From a virus, in IMG/VR virus record IMGVR_UViG_3300033889_000554: a DNA stretch of 64,000 bases; one strand, written 5' to 3'. The notes under the pieces were generated by a model. It made no database searches. It was not told the DNA's origin and saw only the letters and a program-made list of their open reading frames with translations. Shown piece after piece: positions 49,811-59,314 of this stretch. Position numbers and translations under genes: made by a program. Every line of letters starts with the position of its first letter. The first letter of the stretch is position 1.

Positions 49811-50922
49811 TGTGACCGGTTCCTCCGTCTCGACCGATACGCTTTCTTGGTTGCTTCCGATACGTGTGACAGCAAGCTGACCCCGATTACTTCTCCAAGG
49901 ATGGGGGGAACGGCGTTGCCGATCAGCCTGCCGATGGACTTCTGGCAGACCTGTTCTCCCGGTCGAGTGAACTCGTAATCCGGTGGGAAGCTCTGCAGGA
50001 TCGCGCCTTCTCTGAGTGAAATAGCTCTGTCTTGCTCCGGGTGGCCGAAGCGGCCGTTACCGAACCCGAAGAATTGGGTCGTCATCGTTGGGGCGGGATC
50101 GTCCCAGGTCATGCGGCCATAGACGCTGGGATAGGTCTTCCCGGAAGATTTCTTGTGGCAGTCGGCCACCAACTCCCTGGGCCAGTCACGCCATGTTCCC
50201 CCGGGCCTGGATGCCTTTATGCGACGCATATTGATTTCGGAAAGAGCGGAGCACTGGTGCAGAGGGTCTTTCGGGTGGCTCGTTCCGGCCTCCAGAGGAG
50301 GCAGGTTGCCGATGGCATCCTTGACGGTTCTCGGCCTCTTGCCGAACTGCTCGGGAGTCAGAAGTGAGATCGGGCCGAGCTTGGACGCCAGCAACACCAG
50401 ACGGTTGCGCTGTTGGGGGACGCCGTATTCGGCGCAATTGACCACCCGGTATGCGACCGAGTACCCGTTGCCTTCGAGGTCGGCCACGAACTCGTCGAAA
50501 ACGTTCTGCTCGATCAGTCGCGGAACGTTCTCCATGGTCACCAGATCCGGTGACAGTTCGTCCACGAGTCTCGAAAACTGCAACAGGAGCCACCAGCGCT
50601 TGTCGGATTCCGTCGCCTTCTGGTTGTAGGTGGAAAAGGTCTGGCATGGAGCGCAACCAGCCAAGAGTTTGATCCCGTTCTTTCTGTAGTGGCGCTCCAG
50701 TTCGCTGGCTTCCAGCTCCTCCACCGATTTGAGCAGGAATCTGGCGTTGTTGTTGGCGACGTAGGGGTGTTCACAAGCCGGATCGATGTCCACGCCCAGG
50801 CGGACATCGACACCGGCCTTCACGAGGCCATGTGTCAGTCCGCCCGCCCCGCAGAACAAGTCGACGGCATAGACCTTCCGGCTTGGCGTCGCTCCGATTT
50901 TAGCCTGTGTTCCGTTTTTCAT
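49807..50922 (-). CDS. dcm: DNA (cytosine-5) methyltransferase, M.HgiDII-like
   Basis: DLFCGAGG, GCAPCQ, MENV, PQQRNR, LQSFP, IGNAVPP. Confidence 0.93.
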   Translation of the reverse strand: MKNGTQAKIGATPSRKVYAVDLFCGAGGLTHGLVKAGVDVRLGVDIDPACEHPYVANNNARFLLKSVEELEASELERHYRKNGIKLLAGCAPCQTFSTYNQKATESDKRWWLLLQFSRLVDELSPDLVTMENVPRLIEQNVFDEFVADLEGNGYSVAYRVVNCAEYGVPQQRNRLVLLASKLGPISLLTPEQFGKRPRTVKDAIGNLPPLEAGTSHPKDPLHQCSALSEINMRRIKASRPGGTWRDWPRELVADCHKKSSGKTYPSVYGRMTWDDPAPTMTTQFFGFGNGRFGHPEQDRAISLREGAILQSFPPDYEFTRPGEQVCQKSIGRLIGNAVPPILGEVIGVSLLSHVSEATKKAYRSRRRNRSQ

Positions 50923-51143
50923 TTTTTCGAATCCTTGCCTACATCTTCCTTGGACGAGTCGGCGGACGCGCCACCGGCCTCGACCCAGGCGTCGACCTGA
51001 TCCTTCTTGAACTTCCAGACTCGGCCCATGCGATGCGCTGGCATACCGAACCGGTCGATCCAGCGATACACGGTGTCACTGCTGACCCCGAGGTATTTGC
51101 ATATCTCGTCCACCGATAACCAGCGGTCTTCAATCTCGGCCAT
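50919..51143 (-). CDS. Excisionase-like HTH protein (probable operon regulator)
   Basis: WLSVDEICKYLGVSSDTVYRWI...PAHRMGRVWKF; 4-bp overlap with dcm. Confidence 0.9.
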   Translation of the reverse strand: MAEIEDRWLSVDEICKYLGVSSDTVYRWIDRFGMPAHRMGRVWKFKKDQVDAWVEAGGASADSSKEDVGKDSKK

Positions 51144-51305
51144 TTCTTTCAGCTCCTGTCGGACGCTTTCGCTTTTTCGTCATATCCGCCAGCGGCGGAA
51201 GCCTGGTCGTCGAGCACAATAATCCCAACTTAACAGGCTCTTAAATTACATTTCCTGGAGCCGATTGTCAACCGCTTTCAGCCGCAAAAGGCCGCAGACG
51301 GCAGC

Positions 51306-51830
51306 TCAAAAGCGCTCCCAGTTGCCATTGGCGATTCTCTCCCCGCGAGACGGGCATGGCATCCAATAGGTCCAGGCTGGTTTCGAGGTGCGCCCGCACA
51401 GCACCGCCACCATCACCCGCTGGTACATGCTGTGCCCGCCGGGCCGGAAGCCTTCCAACCGGTCGATGGGCGGCAGGTCGCGTTGCGGGTCGGTGAAGGT
51501 AACCAGCTCCCCATGGATCAGATCCCAGTCGCCGGTCGGGCGTCCGAAACGCGGCGTGCCGATCTCCTGCTGCCTGCGGGCGTCGGCCAGAGGATCGGCG
51601 GTGCCCCTGGCCAGGATCAGCCCTTCCGGCACCTCGAGGGCCGGAAAACCGGCGTTGAGATGGTAGAGCCTGCCCCAGACCACGGCCGGTTCGATGTTGC
51701 GGGCCTGGGCGCAGAAGCGTTGATGGTTCCAGTAGCCCCGTTTCAGGGTGCCGTAGACGAAGAGCCGGAGGATGGTCTCGGGAGTGTCTTCGGGGTTTGT
51801 GTTCAGCTTCGCGGTGTCTCCAATGTTCAT
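51306..51830 (-). CDS. Gamma-glutamylcyclotransferase (AIG2-like)
   Basis: LFVYGTLKRG, IHGEL, IDRLEG, YQRV; start at MNIGD (51830) overlaps the GATase stop. Confidence 0.9.
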   Translation of the reverse strand: MNIGDTAKLNTNPEDTPETILRLFVYGTLKRGYWNHQRFCAQARNIEPAVVWGRLYHLNAGFPALEVPEGLILARGTADPLADARRQQEIGTPRFGRPTGDWDLIHGELVTFTDPQRDLPPIDRLEGFRPGGHSMYQRVMVAVLCGRTSKPAWTYWMPCPSRGERIANGNWERF

Positions 51831-52624
51831 GCATTCACTCCTTCGGGCAATGTCCCTTTGCGCTCCTGGGGGATGAAGCGGAATTCGCTGTTTTCGATGG
51901 CCCGCACATCCTCGTGGCGGATGGTGAGCATGGTCATGGGCGGCACTTCCAGCTCGCGCCAGCCCTTCTCGCTGTCCACGGCAAAGTCGATAAAGGCGGC
52001 CTCCGAGGCGTAGAGCACCACCCGGTGCTGGCGGTGGATGCGCAGGCAGAGCGGCTTGTTGCCCTTGAGCACGGTGATGGTGCCGGGGTCGAGCTTTGAT
52101 GCCAGCAAGGCGCTCATCTGGCCGCGACAAAGAGCGAGCGCCTTTTTAAGGCCATCCTGGTCGATGGGGCCTTCGGGCGCGAAGCGGTCGGCCAGGCGGA
52201 AGATCAGCTCGCTGTCCACCTCGGCGTAGCGCGGCAGCCCGAGGCGGCGGAACAGATAATCGGCGTTGTAGATGGTGCCGTTGTGAGTGCCGATGACGAT
52301 CCCGGCCCGGATGGGATGGTTGTTGCGGTTGTTGAACTCGTTGCCCCGGGTGCGCCAGCGGGTGTGGCCCATGAGGATGGTGGTCTCGTTGTCGACCTGC
52401 CCGAGCAGCTCCTGGAACGGCTTCTCGTAGACCAGTTCGTGCGCCCGCATCGGCCGCTTGAAGATGCGGTGACTGCCGTCGGTCTTGAGCCAGGCCAGAC
52501 CGGAGGCGTGCGGGCCGCGTTCCTCGCTGTGCAGCAGCATGCGGATGAAGACCTCGCGCAGGTAATCCCGCTCGTCGGGCCGTCTGCGCTTGCGGCCGAA
52601 GATGATGCCTACTTGTCCGCACAT
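51827..52624 (-). CDS. Class II (Ntn) glutamine amidotransferase
   Basis: Starts MCGQVG (catalytic Cys2); RGPHASG, GHTRWRT, HNGTIYN, VDSE. Confidence 0.9.
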   Translation of the reverse strand: MCGQVGIIFGRKRRRPDERDYLREVFIRMLLHSEERGPHASGLAWLKTDGSHRIFKRPMRAHELVYEKPFQELLGQVDNETTILMGHTRWRTRGNEFNNRNNHPIRAGIVIGTHNGTIYNADYLFRRLGLPRYAEVDSELIFRLADRFAPEGPIDQDGLKKALALCRGQMSALLASKLDPGTITVLKGNKPLCLRIHRQHRVVLYASEAAFIDFAVDSEKGWRELEVPPMTMLTIRHEDVRAIENSEFRFIPQERKGTLPEGVNA

Positions 52625-53130
52625 GGAGCCGGGTCCTCCTTGCCGCCGAAGTTCTTGCCGAGCGGTCTCGTCCCCTCGAGGACGAAGGCCGCGTATTCGC
52701 GCCGGTGGTCCGCAAGCCACGCGGCCGCCTCCGGGTAGCCCATCTCGGCGGTCAGCCGGGTCACCTCCGGGTGGTCGAGCATGTTGGTGCGCCCGGAGAG
52801 CCGCACCGTCTCCAGGGCTTCGAGGAAGCGTTCCGGCCAGGGATCGCTGGCCTTGTCGTCAGGCAGGAACTCGATCAGGCCGTGCCGCGCCAGACGGGTG
52901 AGAAACTCGGCGGCCGCAGCGGCGGCGTCCTCCGGCAAAGGCTGGGTCGGCCCGCCTTCGATGCCTGAGAGCACCTCGGTCATGTAGTCCCGGGGTGCTC
53001 GGCTGGCGGTAAACGGCGTCTGGCCGCGCATCAGCTCGACAACTTCGAGGCAGTCGGCGGCTTGCAGGGTTTCCCCGCTGCCGGGGATCGGTTCGCCGTC
53101 CAGCGTGGTGGAGCGGATCAGAATCTTCAT
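52609..53130 (-). CDS. Protein with C-terminal DUF5049-like domain
   Basis: Start MKILIRS after GGAGGT; C-terminal ETVRLSGRTNMLD...MGY...EYAAFVLEG. Confidence 0.7.
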   Translation of the reverse strand: MKILIRSTTLDGEPIPGSGETLQAADCLEVVELMRGQTPFTASRAPRDYMTEVLSGIEGGPTQPLPEDAAAAAAEFLTRLARHGLIEFLPDDKASDPWPERFLEALETVRLSGRTNMLDHPEVTRLTAEMGYPEAAAWLADHRREYAAFVLEGTRPLGKNFGGKEDPAPCADK

Positions 53131-53141
53131 GGGGCACCTCC

Positions 53142-54101
53142 TTAAACAGTGAGGCCGGGAACTTGCCCGGCCTCGTTGGTGAGAGTGGTGGTTGTTTCGT
53201 CCAGAAGGACGTCCTCCGGTTTGGGGCGTCCGTTCTTGAAGGCGGCGTCGCCGGGCATGTTGGCCATCAGATGCTTGCGGGCGGTCTTGAACTCGTCGCC
53301 GATCAGTCCGAGGTGGAGCAGGAAGACCCGAAAGTCGTACTTGGCGCTCTGGGGATCGAAATCCCGCTTGCGGCTGGAGGCTGCCCGACCATTGAGCGCC
53401 TTGGCGGCGACGGCGAGGCAGAACTGCAGGTAGGCCTTGATCCGCCCCGCGTGGAGGGTTGCCTCGAACCAGCGGAACTCCACCGTGCCCCGGTACCAGA
53501 CGTTGTGCAGGTTGACCCCGTGATAGCGGCTGTTGTCGTAGTGCTGGGGCTGGCGGTTGTGGTAGCCGTACCAGATGCGGTTGAGCTGGTCCTTGGTGCG
53601 GGGTCGATGCTGTTCGATGCGCTGGATCAGCTCGTCGCTGACCGGCCGGGTGTAGCGGTTGAGCCGGTCGCGGCTGATGCCGAGGGCGTGGAGGATCAGC
53701 GGCTCCTGCTTGTAGATGATCTTGGCCAGGTTGCCCAGGTGCCTGCCGTCGAAGGGCGCGGCGTCGATATGGATGTGGATGCCGCACTGGCTGTTGATCT
53801 TGCCCCCGGCGCGGCGGATGGCCCGGACCACCTCCTGCAGTTGCGGGATGTCGTCGTAGCCGAGCACCGGGCTGACCACCTCGGCCCGCAGATGGGCCGG
53901 GACGCTGGTCAGGGAGGCGTCCCCCACTACCTTCCAGACGCGGCCGCGCAGGTCCTCGACCTCCCAGGGGTCGTAGCTGCTGGGGATGCCGACATGGCGG
54001 ACCGTGCCGCCCACCACCGAGTGAATGGCCCAGGCGATCTGCTCCCGGGTGCGTTTTACGGTCTCGATCTCGATCCCGTAGTGGATCTCTTTCAGGTTCA
54101 T
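53142..54101 (-). CDS. Amidoligase (COOH-NH2 ligase, glutamine-synthetase-like fold)
   Basis: [35 protein letters not shown]. Confidence 0.9.
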   Translation of the reverse strand: MNLKEIHYGIEIETVKRTREQIAWAIHSVVGGTVRHVGIPSSYDPWEVEDLRGRVWKVVGDASLTSVPAHLRAEVVSPVLGYDDIPQLQEVVRAIRRAGGKINSQCGIHIHIDAAPFDGRHLGNLAKIIYKQEPLILHALGISRDRLNRYTRPVSDELIQRIEQHRPRTKDQLNRIWYGYHNRQPQHYDNSRYHGVNLHNVWYRGTVEFRWFEATLHAGRIKAYLQFCLAVAAKALNGRAASSRKRDFDPQSAKYDFRVFLLHLGLIGDEFKTARKHLMANMPGDAAFKNGRPKPEDVLLDETTTTLTNEAGQVPGLTV

Positions 54102-54288
54102 GCGTGCCTCCGTCGTTCATGGCGCTTCTAAGTCGTTGTCAGGCAAGGCTTTTCAGCCTCCGCTTACACCATGAATGAATGCTTCTTTCCGGACACAAAT
54201 CAAGTAGAAGAACAGCCGAAGCAGACATTTAACACGTTTATTTTCAATGACTTGCGAGTTTGGCCGGATTTGGCGGCGCACAGGCGGC

Positions 54289-54326
54289 AGAAACCCCGGA
54301 ACGGGCTGGCCGTATCCGGGGTTTCT
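54289..54326. terminator. Hairpin ending the structural-gene operon
   Basis: 12-bp stem AGAAACCCCGGA/TCCGGGGTTTCT. Confidence 0.6.
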
Positions 54327-54350
54327 ATCTTGGCGGTGGCAGTGAGCCGG

Positions 54351-54608
54351 TCAGCCGGAGGCGGTGTCAGAGGTGATCAGGCTGGCGTGCAGCTCGAGGT
54401 TGCGCGACTCGTCGGCCCGCATCCGCGCCAGCAGCGCCGTGAAGGCCTCCGCTTCGGTGGCCGGGAGCTTTGACGCCCGTTCCAGCCGCGCCAGGCGCTG
54501 GTGCAGATTCTCCAGCAGGCCCAGGGCGTGGTCGCGGATCAGGCCATCGCGCTTCTCCTGCGGCGTGGGGATGAACTCGGTCAGGCCGCCTTTGCGTCGA
54601 ACGATCAT
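54351..54608 (-). CDS. Hypothetical phage protein (85 aa)
   Basis: GGAGG RBS; follows the DUF4815-like gene. Confidence 0.7.
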   Translation of the reverse strand: MIVRRKGGLTEFIPTPQEKRDGLIRDHALGLLENLHQRLARLERASKLPATEAEAFTALLARMRADESRNLELHASLITSDTASG

Positions 54609-54620
54609 GGCCGTGCCTCC

Positions 54621-57600
54621 TTAGCTCAGGGTCGCGCCCAGCGAATGGATGCGCGGGTAGATCAGCGGCGTGCCGGTCATCTCGGCCTTGTAGCGGACCT
54701 TGTTGCCGGTGTTGTCGGTGAAGGTTCGCACCAGGGTGTACTCGGTCCAGTTCTCGTCGATGGGCCGGGTGTCCTGGATGGTCATCGCCTCCCAGGTCAG
54801 GCCGCCGTCGTTGCTGGCGAACCATTGCAGGGTGGTGCCGCTGGGGATTTGCATCTGCACATAGGCCTTGGTCGATTCCACCCCCTGGGTCAGCTCATTC
54901 TCGCGGGTCAGGTAGGCACCGGTGGTCTTGTTGAGGTAGCCCACCAGGTTGACGTCGCGGAAGTTGATGGCCGGGGTGTCGTTGGCAAGCGAGCTGCTCA
55001 GGCGCACGCGGATCTGGACCCGGGTGGCGAGGTTGGGCAGCCGTTCCTCCTCGGCGGGAACCATGGCGTCCCAGGTCACGCCGCCGTCGGTGGAGTATTC
55101 CCAGTCGAGGCCTGTGCCCTGGGGGATGGCCGAGTACTCGTCGAGGTTGATGTCGGAGAACTGCACGCCGGTGATCGGCTGGAAGCGGATCATCCCTTCG
55201 GACTGGAAGTTGTAGCCGTAGATCTTCATCGCCAGGTCGGAGCCGTTGAGCGGCGTCCAGGTCTCGGCGTTGGAGCTCTCCAGCAGCACGCCCTCCATGT
55301 AGGTCTGGCGGGTGATGATACCCCAGCGGCCCATCTTGCCCAGGGTGGCGGTGCGCACCTTGTAGTTGGTGCTGTTGGTCAGCAGCACCACGGCATAGCT
55401 GGTGTTGGCCTCGGCGTAGAACGGGTCGTCGAAGCGAATGCGGGTCTCGCCGCTCAGGCTGATCTCGTTCGGGGCCAGCACCTTCTCGGCGAACACCACG
55501 CCGTTGGGCAGACCGGTTGTGACGCCGCGAATCTGCACCGTGACCGGAATGCTCGGGTCCCTGGCGGTGAACTGCAGTCCGATGCTGGAGATCACCTGGT
55601 TCTGGGTGAAGCTGAAGGTCTGGGCCAGCGGGTCACGGGGTACGAAGATGGTCTGAGTGCGCCAGACCACCTGCACCACGGGCACGCGGATGATGCGGTT
55701 CTCGATGATGCGCTCGATGCGGGTAATGACCAGCGGATCATTGATCTGCAGGCTGGCCCGGGCCGAGTAGACGCCGTCGGCCATCTCCACGATGCGGTTG
55801 CCGTTGCGGGCGTTGGTCGGAATGGTGAAGGAGGCGCTGACCCGACCGGCCTCGTCGCTGATCAGGTTGCTGGCCATCACCTGGCCGTCGCAGCGCAGCA
55901 CGATGCCGGATTTGCTCGGGGTGAAGTTGATGCCGGTGACGGCGATGCCGGTCTGGCCGCGCCGCCCGAGGTTGGGCGTGATCTGCAGCATGGCCGGGGG
56001 CTTGTCGAATACCGCATAGGGGTTGATGTTGCGCTCCTCGGACCAGTCGTTCTGCTCCACCAGCACGGTCTCGTTGCCCGGCAACAGCGCCAGGCTGCCG
56101 AAGAAGCTGGCGTTGCTGCCCGCCTGATCGACCGAGAGCACGGTGGAGTGCGGAATGCGGTCCGGCGCGACGAAGCGGGCGATCTCGTTCACCCGGGCGT
56201 CCCATTCGGCGTGGTAGATGTCCGACTGGGCGGTGTTCGAGAAGTCGTCCGAGTAGATGCCTTTCTTGGTCTGGGCGTCCCGGTTCTGCAGCTCGTTGTT
56301 CATCTGGTACTGGGCGTCGTTGTACTTCAGGTCCTCGACGTCCTGAATGATGTCGTGGATCTGGTCCATGGTGATGCGGGTCAGGCCGAAGTTGCGGATC
56401 TCCATGTCGGTGGAGTTGGGCGGGCAGTCGATGCTGCACAGCCCCAGGGCGTTTTCCGGCACGATGGGCAGCTTCGGGAAATCGGCCGGAGCCCCTTCCA
56501 GCCGCTTGATCTCGGTGGTGGTGGCGTAAACGATGTCGCGACGGCCGAGGTAATAGTCGTAGTCCAGGCTGCAGTTGGAACCGTTCACCGGCTGGTCGCC
56601 GAGGCTGCCGCGCCCGAAGTTGATCACGTTGAGGTTGCCCAGCTCGAGCTGCACCGGCGACATGGTGAGTCCGGCCGTGTTGGTGGACGGAGGCGAAGCG
56701 GTGCCGATCTCCTCGACGCCGTCGTCGACGTAGGAGAGCGCCTCGCTGCCCAGCTCCATCAGGCGCTTGTAATCGGTGCGTGCGCCGTTGGTGGCCGCCC
56801 GGTAGACGCGATAGCCGGTCGCGCCGCTGACCGGCAGCCAGGAGAGCTTGTTCATCTCCCCGGCGGCGGTGGCCCGGGCGATGACCGCAGCGGCGTTGAA
56901 GGCCGTCTCGCCGGTGGCGTTGTAGGCGGTCACCAGATAGAAATAGTTTCCGGCCGCCGGATGGTTGGCCTGTCCGAACCAGCCGCTGTCAACGTAGTCG
57001 GTGCCCTTGACCATCTGCTTGGTGTAGGTCCAGCGCACCGTGTAGGTGGTGCCGATGGCCGGTTCGTTGCCGGAGCCGAGCCAGTCGACATGGTTGCCCG
57101 ACTGCTGCCAGTCCACGCCCTCTTGGAAGATGGTCGCTCCCTGGCTGACCTCGAGGATGTCCACCACGGGATTGGGATCGAGCAGGTCTTCGCCGCCGCC
57201 CACCGAGCCGCGAGTGACGTTGCGGGTGATCTCGACGATGGCCTCCACCTGGGTCGTCTCCTTGAGCGGGGTGGAGTTGACCGGATAGCGGCGCTTGTTG
57301 ATGTCGAAGGTTTTCTGCTCGCCGCGCACCGACTTGGTGGCGATGGATTTGGGCACCAGGGTCGAGGTGGGCAGATCGCGCTGATGCCGGAAGCCCTGGA
57401 TGTAGGCGCGTCCGGCGTTGGTGATCGCCTCCACGCTGTCGTCATCGACGCCGCCGATGAAGGTGTCGAAGCCCCGCACCAGATAGCTTCCGGCCTGGTC
57501 GAAGGTGCGCTCGGCCAGGTTCTGAATCAGTGAGTTGAGACCCTCGGCGGCGGCGAATGAGAGCTGGTCCTCGGTGATCGAGGAAACGGTGATCCGGCTG

Positions 57601-58169
57601 CCGGGCAGCGTGCCCAGCAGATCCCGCAGGTAGAGGTTGGACTTCTCCTGCACCGTCGGCGTGACGTCTCCGCTCTCGCGGTCGAACTTGTAGATCGGGA
57701 TCACCCGGCGCTCGGCCACGTTGTTGGGCAGTGTCTGGCCGCTGGTATCCGTCGCCTTGAGAGAGAGAACCCATTTTTCCCGCTCGGCGGTCGGCTCGCC
57801 GGTGGCCGGATTGATCAGGGCCGGGTCCTGGGTGTAGCCGTAGTTGTACTTCAGCAGCTCCACGTAAACGTAATCGGCCCCGCTGGTGGTGGCCGGATCA
57901 TAGGTCAGGGTCGCGCCGCTCACCTGTTCGAGATGGCCGTCGATGTAGACCACGCCCGGGGCCAGGGTCAGGACGTTGGCGGCCGCGCTGACCTCCAGAC
58001 CCATGATGATGGAGCCTTCCTTGAACAGGATGTCGGCGATCTTGCGCCGCTCCAGGTTGATGATGTCCTGCTGCTCGTTGAGTTCGGAATCCAGCAGGTC
58101 GCGATCCTGATGGTAACGGATGCGCTTGTAATTCTTGGTCGGGTCGAATGTCTCGCGTGAGATGCTCAT
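54621..58169 (-). CDS. Large virion baseplate/fibre protein (DUF4815-like)
   Basis: FDPTKNYKRI...SELNEQQDI, LAERTFDQAGSY, GRAYIQG, GIYSDDF, INPYAVF, DPLAQTF. Confidence 0.8.
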   Translation of the reverse strand: MSISRETFDPTKNYKRIRYHQDRDLLDSELNEQQDIINLERRKIADILFKEGSIIMGLEVSAAANVLTLAPGVVYIDGHLEQVSGATLTYDPATTSGADYVYVELLKYNYGYTQDPALINPATGEPTAEREKWVLSLKATDTSGQTLPNNVAERRVIPIYKFDRESGDVTPTVQEKSNLYLRDLLGTLPGSRITVSSITEDQLSFAAAEGLNSLIQNLAERTFDQAGSYLVRGFDTFIGGVDDDSVEAITNAGRAYIQGFRHQRDLPTSTLVPKSIATKSVRGEQKTFDINKRRYPVNSTPLKETTQVEAIVEITRNVTRGSVGGGEDLLDPNPVVDILEVSQGATIFQEGVDWQQSGNHVDWLGSGNEPAIGTTYTVRWTYTKQMVKGTDYVDSGWFGQANHPAAGNYFYLVTAYNATGETAFNAAAVIARATAAGEMNKLSWLPVSGATGYRVYRAATNGARTDYKRLMELGSEALSYVDDGVEEIGTASPPSTNTAGLTMSPVQLELGNLNVINFGRGSLGDQPVNGSNCSLDYDYYLGRRDIVYATTTEIKRLEGAPADFPKLPIVPENALGLCSIDCPPNSTDMEIRNFGLTRITMDQIHDIIQDVEDLKYNDAQYQMNNELQNRDAQTKKGIYSDDFSNTAQSDIYHAEWDARVNEIARFVAPDRIPHSTVLSVDQAGSNASFFGSLALLPGNETVLVEQNDWSEERNINPYAVFDKPPAMLQITPNLGRRGQTGIAVTGINFTPSKSGIVLRCDGQVMASNLISDEAGRVSASFTIPTNARNGNRIVEMADGVYSARASLQINDPLVITRIERIIENRIIRVPVVQVVWRTQTIFVPRDPLAQTFSFTQNQVISSIGLQFTARDPSIPVTVQIRGVTTGLPNGVVFAEKVLAPNEISLSGETRIRFDDPFYAEANTSYAVVLLTNSTNYKVRTATLGKMGRWGIITRQTYMEGVLLESSNAETWTPLNGSDLAMKIYGYNFQSEGMIRFQPITGVQFSDINLDEYSAIPQGTGLDWEYSTDGGVTWDAMVPAEEERLPNLATRVQIRVRLSSSLANDTPAINFRDVNLVGYLNKTTGAYLTRENELTQGVESTKAYVQMQIPSGTTLQWFASNDGGLTWEAMTIQDTRPIDENWTEYTLVRTFTDNTGNKVRYKAEMTGTPLIYPRIHSLGATLS

Positions 58170-58184
58170 GTTTGAATCCTCCAG

Positions 58185-58718
58185 TTAGATCTTGATGATC
58201 CCGACCAGCTCCACGCGGGTGTCGGAAATCTTGTTGAAGTCGGGAATGTTCTTCACCTCGTACAGGTAGCCCGGGCGCAGCACCTCGCCGGTCGGGTTAA
58301 TGTCCTGATGGAACACGCCGCCCATGGCGAGATCCCCGGTGACGCTTTGCACGTACTGCACATCGCCACCGAAGAAGCCGTATTCGCGGATGGTGATGCC
58401 GTTGGCCTCGGCCTCGTCGAAGCGGAAGAAGACACCGATGGTGTTGGTCTCCTCGCCGGTTTCGAGATAGCGCACGCCGTTGACCAGGAGCGCCCCTTCG
58501 GCGTCCTCCTTGAGGAAGGTTCGCTTGTAGTAGCGCTTGCGGGCGCGTTCGTTTCTGAGCCCGGTCTGGCCGATGTCCGGCGCGGGCGGATTCTGCGGGT
58601 CGGTGAAGCTGGCATCCCCGTCGCCGATGGCGCAGTGGGTGATGCCGTCCACGGCCTGGCCGAGGAGGAGTTTGGCCGTCAGTATCCGGCCGGTTTTGAC
58701 GATGAGTCCCAGTGCCAT
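58185..58718 (-). CDS. Phage baseplate/tail-fibre attachment-type protein
   Basis: ITHCAIGDG...LRNERAR...EANGITIREYGFF pattern seen in tail-collar/baseplate proteins. Confidence 0.65.
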   Translation of the reverse strand: MALGLIVKTGRILTAKLLLGQAVDGITHCAIGDGDASFTDPQNPPAPDIGQTGLRNERARKRYYKRTFLKEDAEGALLVNGVRYLETGEETNTIGVFFRFDEAEANGITIREYGFFGGDVQYVQSVTGDLAMGGVFHQDINPTGEVLRPGYLYEVKNIPDFNKISDTRVELVGIIKI

Positions 58719-58730
58719 TGCTGTTCTCCT

Positions 58731-59192
58731 TTAGGTCTGAATTTCGTGGTCTTGATCGATGAGCACCGCGAACAGGATCTGGCGCGTGTCGGCCAGCAGC
58801 CCGGCCGGGATCGCGATGCGCTGAACGGTGTCGGATCGGCTGATGTGTGCGCCGGACGTCCGGACGCTGGTGTCGATGCTCCGCAGCCAGGGGCGCGTCA
58901 CCCGCACCGCCGCGTCGGCATCGGCGCCCAGACGGCCATGGACGACGAGCCACAGGTCGGTGTTCCGGTTCAGGCGGTTGTTCACGCGAAGCGCGAGGTC
59001 GGACCGACGTTCGAGCCGATGGGCGACCCGTACTGCGCTGTCGGCCCGGATCATCACCGTGCGCCTGGCCGGTGCCCCGGAAAACAGCTCGAAGAGCGCT
59101 CCGGGTTGCGCCGCGCCGATGGCGAGCAGATCCGGCCGCCGGATGCCTCGGCGGGTGGTAATGGATGCCAGTTGTCCCTTATGCACGGCCAC
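58731..59192 (-). CDS. Phage protein with seven 14-aa repeats
   Basis: GTG start after GGGAGG; periodic xDxxxR[VI] units. Confidence 0.7.
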   Translation of the reverse strand: MAVHKGQLASITTRRGIRRPDLLAIGAAQPGALFELFSGAPARRTVMIRADSAVRVAHRLERRSDLALRVNNRLNRNTDLWLVVHGRLGADADAAVRVTRPWLRSIDTSVRTSGAHISRSDTVQRIAIPAGLLADTRQILFAVLIDQDHEIQT

Positions 59193-59310
59193 GGCGAATC
59201 CTCCCGCTGAGCTTGAGCGCCTGGCCCCGGTTCATGGACATAAGCGTTTCCGGACGACGCTGGCCGGTGATCGTGCTGATGGGTTTGAGCTTTCCGCTAT
59301 GCGTTGCCAT
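59179..59310 (-). CDS. Unannotated 43-aa ORF paralogous to the N-terminus of the next gene
   Basis: MATHSGKLKPISTITGQRRPETLMSMNRGQALKLSGRIRRGRA*; AAGGAG RBS; fills the intergenic gap. Confidence 0.7.
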   Translation of the reverse strand: MATHSGKLKPISTITGQRRPETLMSMNRGQALKLSGRIRRGRA

Positions 59311-59314
59311 GGCG

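Noticed and set aside
49807..50922. Calling the locus class II DISARM because of the C5 methyltransferase
   Set aside because: drmD and drmMI are present and drmE is absent; the MTase is better explained by the GHKL nuclease and vsr.
50919..51143. True prophage excisionase marking an element boundary
   Set aside because: No att site or integrase nearby, and it is translationally coupled to dcm, which fits a regulator better.
52609..54120. 503-aa ORF overlapping the amidoligase in another frame (possible programmed frameshift)
   Set aside because: The N-terminal part is an Arg/Pro-rich shadow frame; a good RBS and ATG exist at 53130; no slippery site seen.
54501..57533. 1010-aa + strand ORF
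   Set aside because: Antisense shadow of the DUF4815-like gene in GC-rich DNA; no motifs.
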